From an uncultured Clostridiaceae bacterium (GTDB lineage: Bacteria > Bacillota > Clostridia > TANB77 > CAG-508): a stretch of DNA of 64,000 nt. The translations under genes were made by a program, and so were the position numbers. Every line of letters starts with the position of its first letter. The stretch's first letter is position 1. Below the pieces are notes generated by a model. It searched no databases and was not told where the DNA came from. It saw only the letters and a program-made list of their open reading frames with translations. Of the stretch, positions 29,784 through 39,951 are shown piece after piece. The stretch covers positions 1,738 through 65,737 of the forward strand of contig CAKNOI010000005.1 in assembly GCA_930990125.1 (NCBI GenBank), in the 5' to 3' direction.

Positions 29784-29816
29784 AAAAAACCACTTCATCA
29801 ACAGAAGTGGTTTTTT
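29784..29816. terminator. bidirectional Rho-independent terminator
   Basis: AAAAAACCACTTC-ATCAACA-GAAGTGGTTTTTT between convergent typA and the LCP gene. A second hairpin, AAGGACTCTTA/TAAGAGTCCTT, lies at 29733-29757. Confidence 0.8.
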
Positions 29817-29821
29817 GATTT

Positions 29822-30817
29822 TTATAAATCATATCCAGTTTTCTTAATAATCTTGTTACTAATTCGTTTTACTGTATCAGATGGTTCATAATTTTCTTCT
29901 CCAAATAGTTCTTTATGTAATCTTTTTACATTTTCCTCTAATGTAACAGGAACACCGTACCATAAATCTAAAGTAATTCCTTTTGTTACATAAGGCCAGC
30001 CATAACTTTCACCTACATGGTAAGACATAACATCTGGTATTAAAGCAAGAATCTCGCCTGTACTGATATTGGTACGAATATGTGGCAATACAGTATCTGC
30101 TAAAGAATTTAGCTCACCAATACTTAATGTTTGTGCTTTTTCAAATACTGCTGTTAAAACATCTCTCATACGTTCGGTACGTTTGTAATCGCTATCAATT
30201 TTACGAATTCTAGCAAAAGCAAGAGCTTGTTCTCCGTTTAAAGTATAGGTTCCAGCAGAACTAATTCCAGGAACTTGTGTAGCTTCTGCAGAAGTTAATT
30301 GCATCTTAATTCCACCTACAGCATCTACAACAGTTTTTACGGTATCAAAGTTTACGGTTACATATTCTGTAATATTCAAGTCTAAGTTTTTATTAATACT
30401 ACTTAATGCAAGTTGAGGTCCACCATAAGCATAAGCATGTGTAATTTTAGTTAAATCATCTTCTACCTCTAAGTAAGTATCACGATAGATGGAGAGTAAT
30501 CTTACATCTTTTGTTTGCTCATTAATACTTACTATAATAATACAGTCACTTCTAGAACCACTGAAAGTATCTGTTCTTGCATCCAATCCGAACAATGCAA
30601 TATTACGATAACCAGAAAGTTGTTCTTCTACACCGGTATTTACTTCAATATCTTCCGCAGTAAGTTCTGCATCGTAATCTACTTTACCTAATTTATCGGT
30701 AATATACCAATAACCAGCAGCTACGATTCCTCCAAAGATAATTAACAGTACAAGAAGTATTATTAGAAATACTTTTAAAAATACAGATTTTTTTGTTTTT
30801 GGTTTTTTCCTACTCAA
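29822..30817 (-). CDS. LCP (LytR-CpsA-Psr) family glycopolymer-to-peptidoglycan ligase
   Basis: N-terminal TM, then NIALFGLDARTD...RSDCIIIVSIN, the LCP core. Divergent from the polysaccharide locus. Confidence 0.88.
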   Translation of the reverse strand: MSRKKPKTKKSVFLKVFLIILLVLLIIFGGIVAAGYWYITDKLGKVDYDAELTAEDIEVNTGVEEQLSGYRNIALFGLDARTDTFSGSRSDCIIIVSINEQTKDVRLLSIYRDTYLEVEDDLTKITHAYAYGGPQLALSSINKNLDLNITEYVTVNFDTVKTVVDAVGGIKMQLTSAEATQVPGISSAGTYTLNGEQALAFARIRKIDSDYKRTERMRDVLTAVFEKAQTLSIGELNSLADTVLPHIRTNISTGEILALIPDVMSYHVGESYGWPYVTKGITLDLWYGVPVTLEENVKRLHKELFGEENYEPSDTVKRISNKIIKKTGYDL

Positions 30818-30926
30818 ATTACTCCCTCTTTCTTTTAAAAAATCATATTACCTATTATATACATGAAAAGAGAAAAAGTAAAGATAAAAAAGAAAAAATT
30901 AAGAAGAAAAATAGATAAAAAAGATG

Positions 30927-30955
30927 TTGAAATGTGTATAAAAATGATATATAAT
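30927..30955 (+). promoter_or_regulatory. consensus sigma-A promoter of the polysaccharide locus
   Basis: TTGAAA (30927-30932), 17-nt spacer, TATAAT (30950-30955), about 100-nt leader. Confidence 0.65.
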
Positions 30956-31059
30956 AAATTCGAGATAAATTTTTAAGGACATTAATAAAGGAAACCATCT
31001 GATTTGAAAAGAATTAGAAAATTTAAAGAAATAAAAATATAGGGGGGAATAGAATTCAC

Positions 31060-32199
31060 ATGGAAAAGAAAATTTTTTTAGCATCACCACATATGTCAAA
31101 AGAGGGATATGAACAAGAATTTATAAAAGAAGCATTTGATACTAACTGGATAGCACCACTTGGAGAAAATGTAAATAAGTTTGAAGAAGAAATTGCTAAT
31201 TATGTAGGAACAAAACATGCTGCTGCATTATCTTCTGGAACTGCTGCCATTCATATGGCACTTAAAGCATTAGACGTAAAACAAGGAGACATTGTGTTTT
31301 GTTCATCTCTTACTTTTTCTGCAACTGCTAATCCAATTATATATCAGAATGCTACTCCAGTTTTTATAGATAGTGAAAAGGAAACATGGAATATGGATCC
31401 AAAAGCATTGGAAAAAGCTTTTGAGAAATATCCAAATCCAAAAGCTGTAATTGTAGTACATTTATATGGAACACCAGCTAAAATGGATGAAATAATGGAA
31501 ATATGTAATGCACATAATGTTCCACTAATAGAAGATGCTGCAGAAAGTTTAGGTTCTACCTATAGAAACAAGCAAACAGGAACGTTTGGAAAATATGGAA
31601 TTTTTTCATTTAACGGAAATAAAATTATTACTACAAGTGGAGGCGGAATGCTTGTTTCTGAAAATGCAGAGAAAATTCAAAAAGTACGTTTTTGGTCAAC
31701 GCAGGCTAGAGAAAAAGCAAGACATTACGAACATAAAGAAATAGGATATAACTATAGAATGAGTAATATAGTTGCTGGAATAGGAAGGGGTCAACTTAAG
31801 GTACTAGATGAAAGAATTAAGGAAAAAACAGAAATATATAATCAATATAAAGAAGCTTTTGCAACGATAACGGACATTAAAATGCAACCAGTACCAGTTA
31901 ATACAGTTCCAAATCATTGGTTATCTGTTATAACAATAGATAAACAATCTAAGGTAAAGCCATTAGATATTATAGAAAAACTAGAAAAAGAGAATATAGA
32001 AACAAGACCTGTATGGAAACCAATGGATTTACAACCAGTATTTAAAGAATATGATTTTATTACAGCTTCTATAGATAATCAATCTGTTGGAAAAGAGTTA
32101 TTTGAAACAGGAGTATGCTTGCCAAGCGATACAAAAATGACGAAAGAAGAACAAGATGTTGTAATACAGAACATAAAGGAATTATTTGAATGTAACTAA
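31060..32199 (+). CDS. DegT/DnrJ/EryC1/StrS family sugar aminotransferase (PglE/EpsN-like)
   Basis: SSGTAAIHMALKAL, DAAESLGS, and the catalytic Lys context FSFNGNKIITTSGGGM. Confidence 0.9.
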   Translation: MEKKIFLASPHMSKEGYEQEFIKEAFDTNWIAPLGENVNKFEEEIANYVGTKHAAALSSGTAAIHMALKALDVKQGDIVFCSSLTFSATANPIIYQNATPVFIDSEKETWNMDPKALEKAFEKYPNPKAVIVVHLYGTPAKMDEIMEICNAHNVPLIEDAAESLGSTYRNKQTGTFGKYGIFSFNGNKIITTSGGGMLVSENAEKIQKVRFWSTQAREKARHYEHKEIGYNYRMSNIVAGIGRGQLKVLDERIKEKTEIYNQYKEAFATITDIKMQPVPVNTVPNHWLSVITIDKQSKVKPLDIIEKLEKENIETRPVWKPMDLQPVFKEYDFITASIDNQSVGKELFETGVCLPSDTKMTKEEQDVVIQNIKELFECN

Positions 32200-32268
32200 A
32201 AGTATTGTGTACTAAATTTAAAACTGATATTAGAAGATACAATGCTTTAGTTGATGTGGGAGTTTATC

Positions 32269-32910
32269 ATGTATGAGAAAAAGATAAAACGTCTTTTAGA
32301 TTTCGTTTTGAGTCTATTAGCGTTAATAATATTATCACCAATCATGTTTATTATATACATATTAGTAAGGATAAAATTGGGAAAACCAGTTATTTTTAAA
32401 CAGGAAAGACCTGGAAAGAACGAAAAAATTTTTACACTATATAAATTTAGAACAATGACAGACAAAAGAAATGAAGAGGGGGAATTATTGCTAGACCAAG
32501 AAAGGATTACTAAATTTGGAAAGATTTTGCGCAATACAAGTCTAGACGAACTGCCAGAGCTTATCAATATCATAAAAGGAGACATGAGTATAGTTGGACC
32601 TAGACCGTTAGCAACAAAATATTTACCATATTATAACGAAAAAGAAAAACATAGACATGATGTGAGACCAGGATTGACAGGATTGGCCCAAATAAATGGT
32701 AGAAATGCCCTGAATTGGGAGCAAAGATTTGAATATGACTTAAAATATATTCATCATATAAGTTTTATAAATGATTGTAAGATAATTGTAAAAACAATTA
32801 AAAAGGTTTTAAAAAAGGAAGATATTATTACTAGAGGAACAGGTAAAAATGTAGATTTTAACGTATATAGGCAACAGCAATGGGATAAGGAAAAGGAGAA
32901 TATGTATTAA
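32269..32910 (+). CDS. small monotopic phosphoglycosyl (sugar-1-phosphate) transferase, PglC/WcfS-like initiating enzyme
   Basis: KRLLDFVLSLLALIILSP re-entrant helix, PGKNEKIFTLYKFRTM, DELPELINIIKGDMSIVGPRP, PGLTGLAQINGR. Start at MYEKK behind GGGAG. Confidence 0.9.
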   Translation: MYEKKIKRLLDFVLSLLALIILSPIMFIIYILVRIKLGKPVIFKQERPGKNEKIFTLYKFRTMTDKRNEEGELLLDQERITKFGKILRNTSLDELPELINIIKGDMSIVGPRPLATKYLPYYNEKEKHRHDVRPGLTGLAQINGRNALNWEQRFEYDLKYIHHISFINDCKIIVKTIKKVLKKEDIITRGTGKNVDFNVYRQQQWDKEKENMY

Positions 32911-33446
32911 TGAATATTAGAGGAAATAAAGTCTTATTAAGAGCTATAGAATTTGAAGATATGGAATTTTTAAGGAACATGTTAAATGATGAAGAAATGG
33001 AACATAATGTAGTAGGGTGGAGTTTTCCGGTTTCAAAATATGAACAACAAAAATGGTTCGAAAATCAGATTCAAAATAAAGTTAATATTAGGTTTATCAT
33101 TGAAGTGGATGGAAAACCAATAGGACTTGCAACATTAACAAATATTGATTGGAAAAATAGAAAAGCATGTCATGGAATAAAACTATACAGCAATGAAGTA
33201 AAGGGAAAAGGATATGGAACCGATGCTGTTTTTGCTGTTATGAAATATGCATTTGAAGAGCTACAGCTAAATAGACTGTATAGTACAATACTAGATTATA
33301 ATGTAGCATCAAGAAATTTATATAAAAAATGTGGCTGGAAAGAAGAAGGAGTTATTAGAGACTCTGTCTATAAAAAGAATCACTTCAATAATGAAATAAT
33401 GATTGGTATATTAAAACAAGAATATCAAGAAAAATGGAAGGAATAA
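32910..33446 (+). CDS. GNAT family N-acetyltransferase (RimJ/RimL-like)
   Basis: LRAIEFEDMEFLRNMLND ... GKGYGTDAVFAVMKYAFEELQLNRL. Confidence 0.8.
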   Translation: MNIRGNKVLLRAIEFEDMEFLRNMLNDEEMEHNVVGWSFPVSKYEQQKWFENQIQNKVNIRFIIEVDGKPIGLATLTNIDWKNRKACHGIKLYSNEVKGKGYGTDAVFAVMKYAFEELQLNRLYSTILDYNVASRNLYKKCGWKEEGVIRDSVYKKNHFNNEIMIGILKQEYQEKWKE

Positions 33447-33447
33447 A

Positions 33448-34515
33448 ATGGAAATTGGTAGTGAATATTGGCTAGAAAAATATAATGCAGATGAGAGTAT
33501 ACATAACATCGTAGAAAAAGACAATATGGTATTACTGATGTCGGGAAGAACTGCTATAGACTTAGCATTGGACATTATTAATAAGAATAATGAAATAAGA
33601 AAAATTTACATGCCATCTTATTGTTGTGAATCCATGCTGATAGCATTTAAAGAAAGAAATATGCAGATAGATTTTTATGATGTAGAATATAAAAACGGGA
33701 ATTTAGTATATGATATTAACTTACAAGAAGATTGTGACCTATTTTTTGCCATGAATTATTTTGGTTTTAGTAATTATAATATGGATTTCTACATTGAAAA
33801 TTACAAAAGAAAAGGCTGTATTGTTATAGAGGATAGTACTCATAGTCTCCTTTCGCAGAGGAAATATAATAAACATTCAGATGTTGTTATTGCCAGCTTG
33901 CGAAAATGGTTCCCTATTATAAGCGGAGGGCTATTAATTATAAATAATGAGGAATGTTCGCAGGACATAAAAGAAAAGAAGAAAAAATTGATAAATAACA
34001 AGGAATATATTGAACTAAAAAAAATGGCAATGGAGAAAAAAAGAGAATATATTCACAATAAAACTATATCTAAGGAGATATTTTTGGGCAAATTTAAAGA
34101 GGCAGATAAAATATTGAAAGATAAATACCAATATTGCAAGATAGATGAAGTTTCCCAAAATATATTGGAACATATAGATATTAATAGAATTGTTGATTCA
34201 CGAATAAAAAATGTGAAGATGATTTATAGTTATTTAAGAGAACAAAGCCAAATAGGTTTTTTAGACAAAATAGATTTTAGTAAGGACTGTCCTCTTTTTG
34301 TTCCGATTTTTCTAAAAAACGAAAAAAGAGAGGAAATAAGAAAAAAACTGATATGCAATAACGTTTTTTGTCCGATACATTGGCCGGTGCCGGCAGATAT
34401 AAAAGAAGAAAGCCAAAAGAAAATATATTATAATGAATTATCACTTATTTGTGATCAAAGATATTCTGTACAAGAAATTCAAGATTATATGAATTTAATA
34501 AAAAACGAGGAATGA
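33448..34515 (+). CDS. divergent fold-type-I PLP-dependent (DegT-like) protein, function unknown
   Basis: SGRTAIDLALDII...KIYMPSYCCESMLIAF parallels the DegT SGTAAL..V..P.ft N-terminal region. SLRKWFPIISGGLL parallels the SFxxxK..GEGG Lys region. Confidence 0.55.
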   Translation: MEIGSEYWLEKYNADESIHNIVEKDNMVLLMSGRTAIDLALDIINKNNEIRKIYMPSYCCESMLIAFKERNMQIDFYDVEYKNGNLVYDINLQEDCDLFFAMNYFGFSNYNMDFYIENYKRKGCIVIEDSTHSLLSQRKYNKHSDVVIASLRKWFPIISGGLLIINNEECSQDIKEKKKKLINNKEYIELKKMAMEKKREYIHNKTISKEIFLGKFKEADKILKDKYQYCKIDEVSQNILEHIDINRIVDSRIKNVKMIYSYLREQSQIGFLDKIDFSKDCPLFVPIFLKNEKREEIRKKLICNNVFCPIHWPVPADIKEESQKKIYYNELSLICDQRYSVQEIQDYMNLIKNEE

Positions 34516-35492
34516 AGATGAAAAAAGATATATATTTTGAAGAAAATTATGGTAAACTATATGAAAAGATAGAAAAAGGCAAAGCAAAAATTTTTAAATA
34601 TGAAGATGAAAATGGATTGATAACAAACCAGTTTTTAATAAGAGAGATTCCTATTACAATAGATAATCATAGTTATTTTGACATAGTAACGCCATATGGA
34701 TATGGTGGTCCTATTATAGAAAAATGCAATAAGAAATCACAATTATTAATAAATTATAAAGAGGCTTTTGAAAAATATTGCCAAGAAAATAAAATAGTTA
34801 GTGAATTTATAAGATTTCACCCGATTATCAACAATGCGTGTGATTTTAAAGACATTTATGACGTGGTTTATTTAAGAAAAACATTGGGAACAAATTTAGA
34901 ATATGAAGATCCATGCTTTGAGGAGTTTAGTAAAAGTTGTAGGAAAAGTATAAGACGTTGTATAAATAAAGGAATTACATATGTGGTAAATGTTGCACCA
35001 AAAGATATTTCTAAATTTAAGGAGATTTATTATTCTACGATGGATAGAAATAATGCTGCTGATTATTATTATTTCCAAGATGAATATTTTAACAATATAT
35101 TAAAATATTTTCCACAAAATATAATTACAGTAGAAGCAATTTATGAAGAAAAAACAATTGCTATGGGGCTGTATTTTATTTATAACAAAATCCTACATAC
35201 TCACTTGTCCGGAACTTTAAGTGAATACTTACATTTGTCACCAGCATATATGCTACGATATGGTGCAACCCTGTGGGCAAAAGAAAATGGATACAAATTA
35301 ATGCATCATGGAGGAGGACGAACCAATTTAGAAACAGATAGTTTGTATCTATTTAAAAAGAATTTTTCTCAAAAAACAGAATTTGATTTTTATATTGGTA
35401 AGAAAATTTGGAATAAAGAAATATATGAAAGATTGTGTCAGCAGAAGCATGTGACAGATGATGGAAGCTTTTTCCCAGCATATAGAAAATAA
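34512..35492 (+). CDS. FemAB-like / Acetyltransf_6-type (double GNAT fold) protein
   Basis: 326 aa. DIVTPYGYGGPI motif, and a second half with LHTHLSGTL...YMLRYGATLWAKENGYKLMHHGGG, typical of FemAB/BioF2-like acyl- or aminoacyl-transferases. Confidence 0.6.
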   Translation: MKMKKDIYFEENYGKLYEKIEKGKAKIFKYEDENGLITNQFLIREIPITIDNHSYFDIVTPYGYGGPIIEKCNKKSQLLINYKEAFEKYCQENKIVSEFIRFHPIINNACDFKDIYDVVYLRKTLGTNLEYEDPCFEEFSKSCRKSIRRCINKGITYVVNVAPKDISKFKEIYYSTMDRNNAADYYYFQDEYFNNILKYFPQNIITVEAIYEEKTIAMGLYFIYNKILHTHLSGTLSEYLHLSPAYMLRYGATLWAKENGYKLMHHGGGRTNLETDSLYLFKKNFSQKTEFDFYIGKKIWNKEIYERLCQQKHVTDDGSFFPAYRK

Positions 35493-35544
35493 GATTTATA
35501 TAATACTATTATACAGGACATAAAAATAATGAGAAGGAGTAAAC

Positions 35545-36754
35545 ATGAATAAAATTATTATTATTACACAATATACATCTATTACAGCAGGGAGAGATTG
35601 TAGCAGATTTGGCTATATAGCTAAAATATTAGCTAACCATAACTATAATGTAGAAATAATTTCAACTGACTTTTTTCATAAAACAAAAAAGCATAGAGTA
35701 CTGGAAGAAGATATTATTTCAAAATTAGGATATAAGGTAACATTATTACAAGAACCAGGATATAAAAAGAATGTTTCTTTAAGAAGATTTTATAGTCATT
35801 GGAAATTATCTAAAAATTTAAAAAAATATCTAGATAAAATGGAAGAAAAACCAGATATGATATACTGTGCAATCCCATCATTAGACGTAGCAAAAGTAGC
35901 TGCACGTTATGCTCAAAAAAACAATATTCGATTTATTATAGATGTACAGGATTTATGGCCAGAAGCATTTAAAATGGTATTTCATGTTCCTATAATAAGT
36001 AATCTAATATTTTTCCCAATGAAACGAGAAGCAAATTATATATATTGCCAAGCAGACGATATAATTGCAGTATCTGAAACTTATGCTAATAGGGCTAGTA
36101 TGGTAAATAAAAAGTACAAAAACAAATTAAGCGTATATTTAGGAACAGATTTAGATTATTTTGATCAATGTAAAGATGCAAATCAAATTGCTAACAGTGA
36201 GGATATTGTAAGGTTGGTTTACATTGGTACGCTAGGTCATAGTTATGATATTCCTACAGTGATAGATGCTCTTAAAATTTTAGAAAATAGAGGAATCACT
36301 AATCTCGAATTACTGGTAATGGGAGATGGACCTCTTAAAGAGAAATTTGAAAGTTATGCGTTACAAAATAAAGCAAATGTAATATTCACAGGTAGACTAA
36401 ATTATGCGAATATGGTAGAAAAACTTTGCAAATGTGATATTGCTATTAATCCGATTGCAAAAGGAGCAGCACAGAGTATTATTAATAAAGTTGGTGATTA
36501 TGCAGCTGCACGGACTACCAGTGGTAAATTCACAAGAATGTGAAGAATATAAAAAGGTTGTACAAGAATGGCAAATAGGTCTAAATTGCAAAAATAAAGA
36601 TAGTGTGGATATGGCAGAAAAAATATATGAATTATACAAAAATAAAGAAAAAAGATTGCAGATGGGAAAAAATAATAGAAAATTAGCGGAAGAAAAATTT
36701 GACAGAAAAGTAACTTATAATAAAATAATAAATGTGATAGAAAACAAGAACTAG
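35545..36754 (+). pseudogene. GT4 (GT-B fold) glycosyltransferase interrupted by a +1 frameshift at about 36511
   Basis: ORF 35545-36543 ends ...INKVGDYAAARTTSGKFTRM*. The frame of ORF 36434-36754 continues ...GLPVVNSQECEEYKKVVQEW. Deleting C36511 restores GDYAAAGLPVVNSQE, the canonical GT4 C-terminal motif. Confidence 0.85.
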
Positions 36755-36771
36755 TTTTAAGGAGAAAAAAA

Positions 36772-37578
36772 TTGAAAGTACAAGTATTGGCATCTATTAT
36801 GAATGAGCCGAAGAATAGAATAAAACAAGTAATCGAGAGAATGCACATTGCGTCCGATGCAATTATTATTAATCAATGTGAGAGAAATGATGTTGAAGAA
36901 TATACACTAAATGATACATATAAAATAAAGATGTTATCTTTTCAAGAGAAAGGCGTTGGGTTAAGCAGAAACAATGCATTAATGAGATCTGATGCAGATA
37001 TTGTGATATTTGCAGATAATGATGTAGTGTATGTTGACGATTATGTATCTATGGTACAAGAAGAATTTGAGAAACAAAAAGATGCTGATATGATAGTATT
37101 CCGTGTACCTAAAATAGAAGAAAAAGCAAAAGAAACAACAGAAAAAAATAAAAGAGTAAGATTATATAATTGCCTTAAATATGGTGCTGTTAGATTTGCA
37201 GTAAAGAGAGAAAGTATAAACAAAAAAAATATTTATTTTTCCTTATTATTTGGTGGAGGAACTACTTATGGAAGTGGCGAAGATAGCATATTTATTACAG
37301 AATGTATTCGAAAGGGACTAAAAGTATATCATAGTAATAAAATTTTAGGTTACTTAATGCCAAATGAATCTACATGGTTTAAAGGATATAATGAAAAATT
37401 TTTTATAGATAAAGGAGCACTATTCCAGTGTTTGTTTCCTCGTTTTTCTACTTTAATGTCTTTACAGTTTATTATGAGACACAAAAATTTTACAGCAGAT
37501 GGGATTAATGCATTATACGCATTAAAATTAATGAATAAAGGAAAAAAAATATGGAAAGGAAAAATGAAATATGACTAA
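36772..37578 (+). CDS. GT-A fold glycosyltransferase (family 2-like)
   Basis: GVGLSRNNALMRSDADIVIFADNDVVYVDDY (DxD). TTG start behind AAGGAGAAA. Confidence 0.7.
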   Translation: MKVQVLASIMNEPKNRIKQVIERMHIASDAIIINQCERNDVEEYTLNDTYKIKMLSFQEKGVGLSRNNALMRSDADIVIFADNDVVYVDDYVSMVQEEFEKQKDADMIVFRVPKIEEKAKETTEKNKRVRLYNCLKYGAVRFAVKRESINKKNIYFSLLFGGGTTYGSGEDSIFITECIRKGLKVYHSNKILGYLMPNESTWFKGYNEKFFIDKGALFQCLFPRFSTLMSLQFIMRHKNFTADGINALYALKLMNKGKKIWKGKMKYD

Positions 37579-38851
37579 TATAGTTGTTGGTATCCCAAAG
37601 TTTATAGAAAAAATAAATTTGTATATTCGAAAACTTAATATACAAATAAAAGGACGACATATAAAACATTATAAAAACATGACGGAAGAGATTAATGGCC
37701 TATTAGTAGCTCTTTTTTTATCAACAGGAATAATAGGCTGGATTATACCAATAAATAATATTAGTGTGTTGTGCACTATTTTAATTACGTGTATATATAT
37801 CCTGAACAATGGAACTAAAAATATTCTTTCTAAAGATAAATTTGTATTTATTATTTGTGTTTTTGTTTGGTTTATACTTTCTACTTTCAATAAGAATGTA
37901 TACTTAGATACTTGGGGAAAGTATTTATTATATTTCATTGTATTTGGAATAACAGCTTTTATTATAACGGAAAAGACATTTAATAAAAATGCAGTATATA
38001 AATATATTATGTTATTATCTTTTCTTGCCCTGCCATATATGATTAGCAAACAATTTTTTATGAATCATTCTTATAAAAATCCAGAGCAATCTGTAGAAAT
38101 AATGATAATGTCTTATACTATTATCCCTATTATATTAGCCTGCTTTCAAGTGATAAGTAGTAAAGAATTTAAAAAGGGATATAGAATAGTAGCAATTATA
38201 CCTTTTATTATATACATGTTTTTGATTATTTCAAAATCTTCTAGAGGACCTATTTTAGCCTTAGTGGTTTACTTCTTACTAAGAGTGTTATTTTATAAAC
38301 CATCTAAAGATAAAATATGGATTAAGATTACCATTATCCTTGTTTTAACCATTAGCATAGTTTTGTGTTGCGTTTTTATGGAACAAGTATTAACCACTGT
38401 CAAGAATGTGCTTGATAGTATGTCAATAGATTCCATGTTTGTGGATAGAATGTTACAGGTTTTAGAAGAAGGAGATGGTTCAATTTTAAGCGGAAGGGAT
38501 GAAATTTATAAGGAAGCATTAGATGAAATCAGTCATTCGTTTATTTGGGGAAATGGAATAGGGGCTTTTGAAGGAAAATATGGACACTATGTACACAATG
38601 TCGTATTACAGATAATATGTGAAGGCGGAATTATTTGTATAGGATATTTTATCTATCTACTTTATTATTTAATTCGTTTCTTAATAACAGAGAAGAAAGA
38701 AGAAGTTACCTTTCTATGTTTTATGACTTCTATTGCATTAGTGCAACTGATGATATCATCCTACTATTGGTCATCACTAAAATTTTGGCTACTAATAGGT
38801 TATATTATCTACCTGAAAAATAGAAAAAAAGAGGAGAAAATAAGTAAATGA
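37571..38851 (+). CDS. O-antigen ligase/polymerase family membrane protein (Wzy)
   Basis: About 10 TM helices and a Wzy_C-like loop (IISKSSRGPILALVVYFLL). Confidence 0.8.
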   Translation: MTNIVVGIPKFIEKINLYIRKLNIQIKGRHIKHYKNMTEEINGLLVALFLSTGIIGWIIPINNISVLCTILITCIYILNNGTKNILSKDKFVFIICVFVWFILSTFNKNVYLDTWGKYLLYFIVFGITAFIITEKTFNKNAVYKYIMLLSFLALPYMISKQFFMNHSYKNPEQSVEIMIMSYTIIPIILACFQVISSKEFKKGYRIVAIIPFIIYMFLIISKSSRGPILALVVYFLLRVLFYKPSKDKIWIKITIILVLTISIVLCCVFMEQVLTTVKNVLDSMSIDSMFVDRMLQVLEEGDGSILSGRDEIYKEALDEISHSFIWGNGIGAFEGKYGHYVHNVVLQIICEGGIICIGYFIYLLYYLIRFLITEKKEEVTFLCFMTSIALVQLMISSYYWSSLKFWLLIGYIIYLKNRKKEEKISK

Positions 38852-39951
38852 AATATTTTAGCATCATTATTCCAATTTATAATGCAGAAAAATACCTACA
38901 AGAATCATTAAATTCTATCATAAATCAAAGTTTTAAAGATTTTGAATTACTATTAGTAAATGATGGCTCAACAGATAACAGTGAAAAAATATGCCAAGAA
39001 TTTGCAAGTAAAGATAGCAGAGTAACGGTCATAACAACGAAAAATCAGGGAAGTGGACCAGCAAGAAATGAAGGAATAAAAAGAGCAACCGGAAAATTTT
39101 GCTATTTTCCAGATGGAGACGATTTACTCACAGAAAATGCACTAGAGCAAATTTATGAGGAAACGCAAAAACAAGAAGCAGATTTATATGTGTTTGGATT
39201 TTACCAAGCAGCAAGAGATAACACCAAAAAAATCTTACAAGAAAGATGCGATGATTTTTTAGATGGAGATACGGTAAGAGCAAAATATGAATTGTACATG
39301 CAAACAGGTAAAACCTATATACAAGGTGCTCCATGGAATAAGGTGTTTAAAACAGATAATATCAAACAAAACCATATAGAATACCCAAGCTTAAAAAGAA
39401 ATCAAGATGAAGTTTTTATTGTTCGTTATATGAATACGGTAAAAAATGTGAAATTTTGCAATATACCAATTTATATCTATTATGTGAACGATACAAATGC
39501 AGAATGGAATAAATTTCCTCGCAATTATCTAGATATTAGAACCGAAGTATATAAAGAGTTTGTTAAAAATATTATTCCTTGGAATGAAGAAAATGATAAA
39601 GTAAAATACCATATTCATTTTTCTTATTTAGAAACGGTTCTAAAGTGTTATGAATATATGTTTAGCCCAAAATGGAATCTTGACCAAAAACAAAAAAAGC
39701 AATATATACAAGATAGTTTAAGGCGAGAGGAAGTACAAAATGCGATAACATTTTGGAAAGAAAACAAAGAAAATATTAGACAGTATTTAGAAACAGATAG
39801 CAATATGAGTAAAAAAAGAATGCAGTTTAGTTTTTATAGAATGAAACTAATGGAAAAACAAAGTATTAATACCTTATATTTTGTTTCTAAAGTAATGATA
39901 CAGTTAAGAAAAATAAATAATAAAATAAAATATGGAGGAAAGAACAAGTAA
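38848..39951 (+). CDS. glycosyltransferase family 2
   Basis: FSIIIPIYNAEKYLQESLNSIINQS ... NDGSTDNS ... FPDGDD. Confidence 0.88.
   Translation: MKYFSIIIPIYNAEKYLQESLNSIINQSFKDFELLLVNDGSTDNSEKICQEFASKDSRVTVITTKNQGSGPARNEGIKRATGKFCYFPDGDDLLTENALEQIYEETQKQEADLYVFGFYQAARDNTKKILQERCDDFLDGDTVRAKYELYMQTGKTYIQGAPWNKVFKTDNIKQNHIEYPSLKRNQDEVFIVRYMNTVKNVKFCNIPIYIYYVNDTNAEWNKFPRNYLDIRTEVYKEFVKNIIPWNEENDKVKYHIHFSYLETVLKCYEYMFSPKWNLDQKQKKQYIQDSLRREEVQNAITFWKENKENIRQYLETDSNMSKKRMQFSFYRMKLMEKQSINTLYFVSKVMIQLRKINNKIKYGGKNK

Noticed and set aside
31042-31047. G6 tract upstream of the first polysaccharide gene as a possible slipped-strand phase-variation site.
   Set aside because: It coincides with the SD (AGGGGGG) at normal spacing from the ATG. 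Six G is short for efficient slippage, and there is no evidence of length variation.
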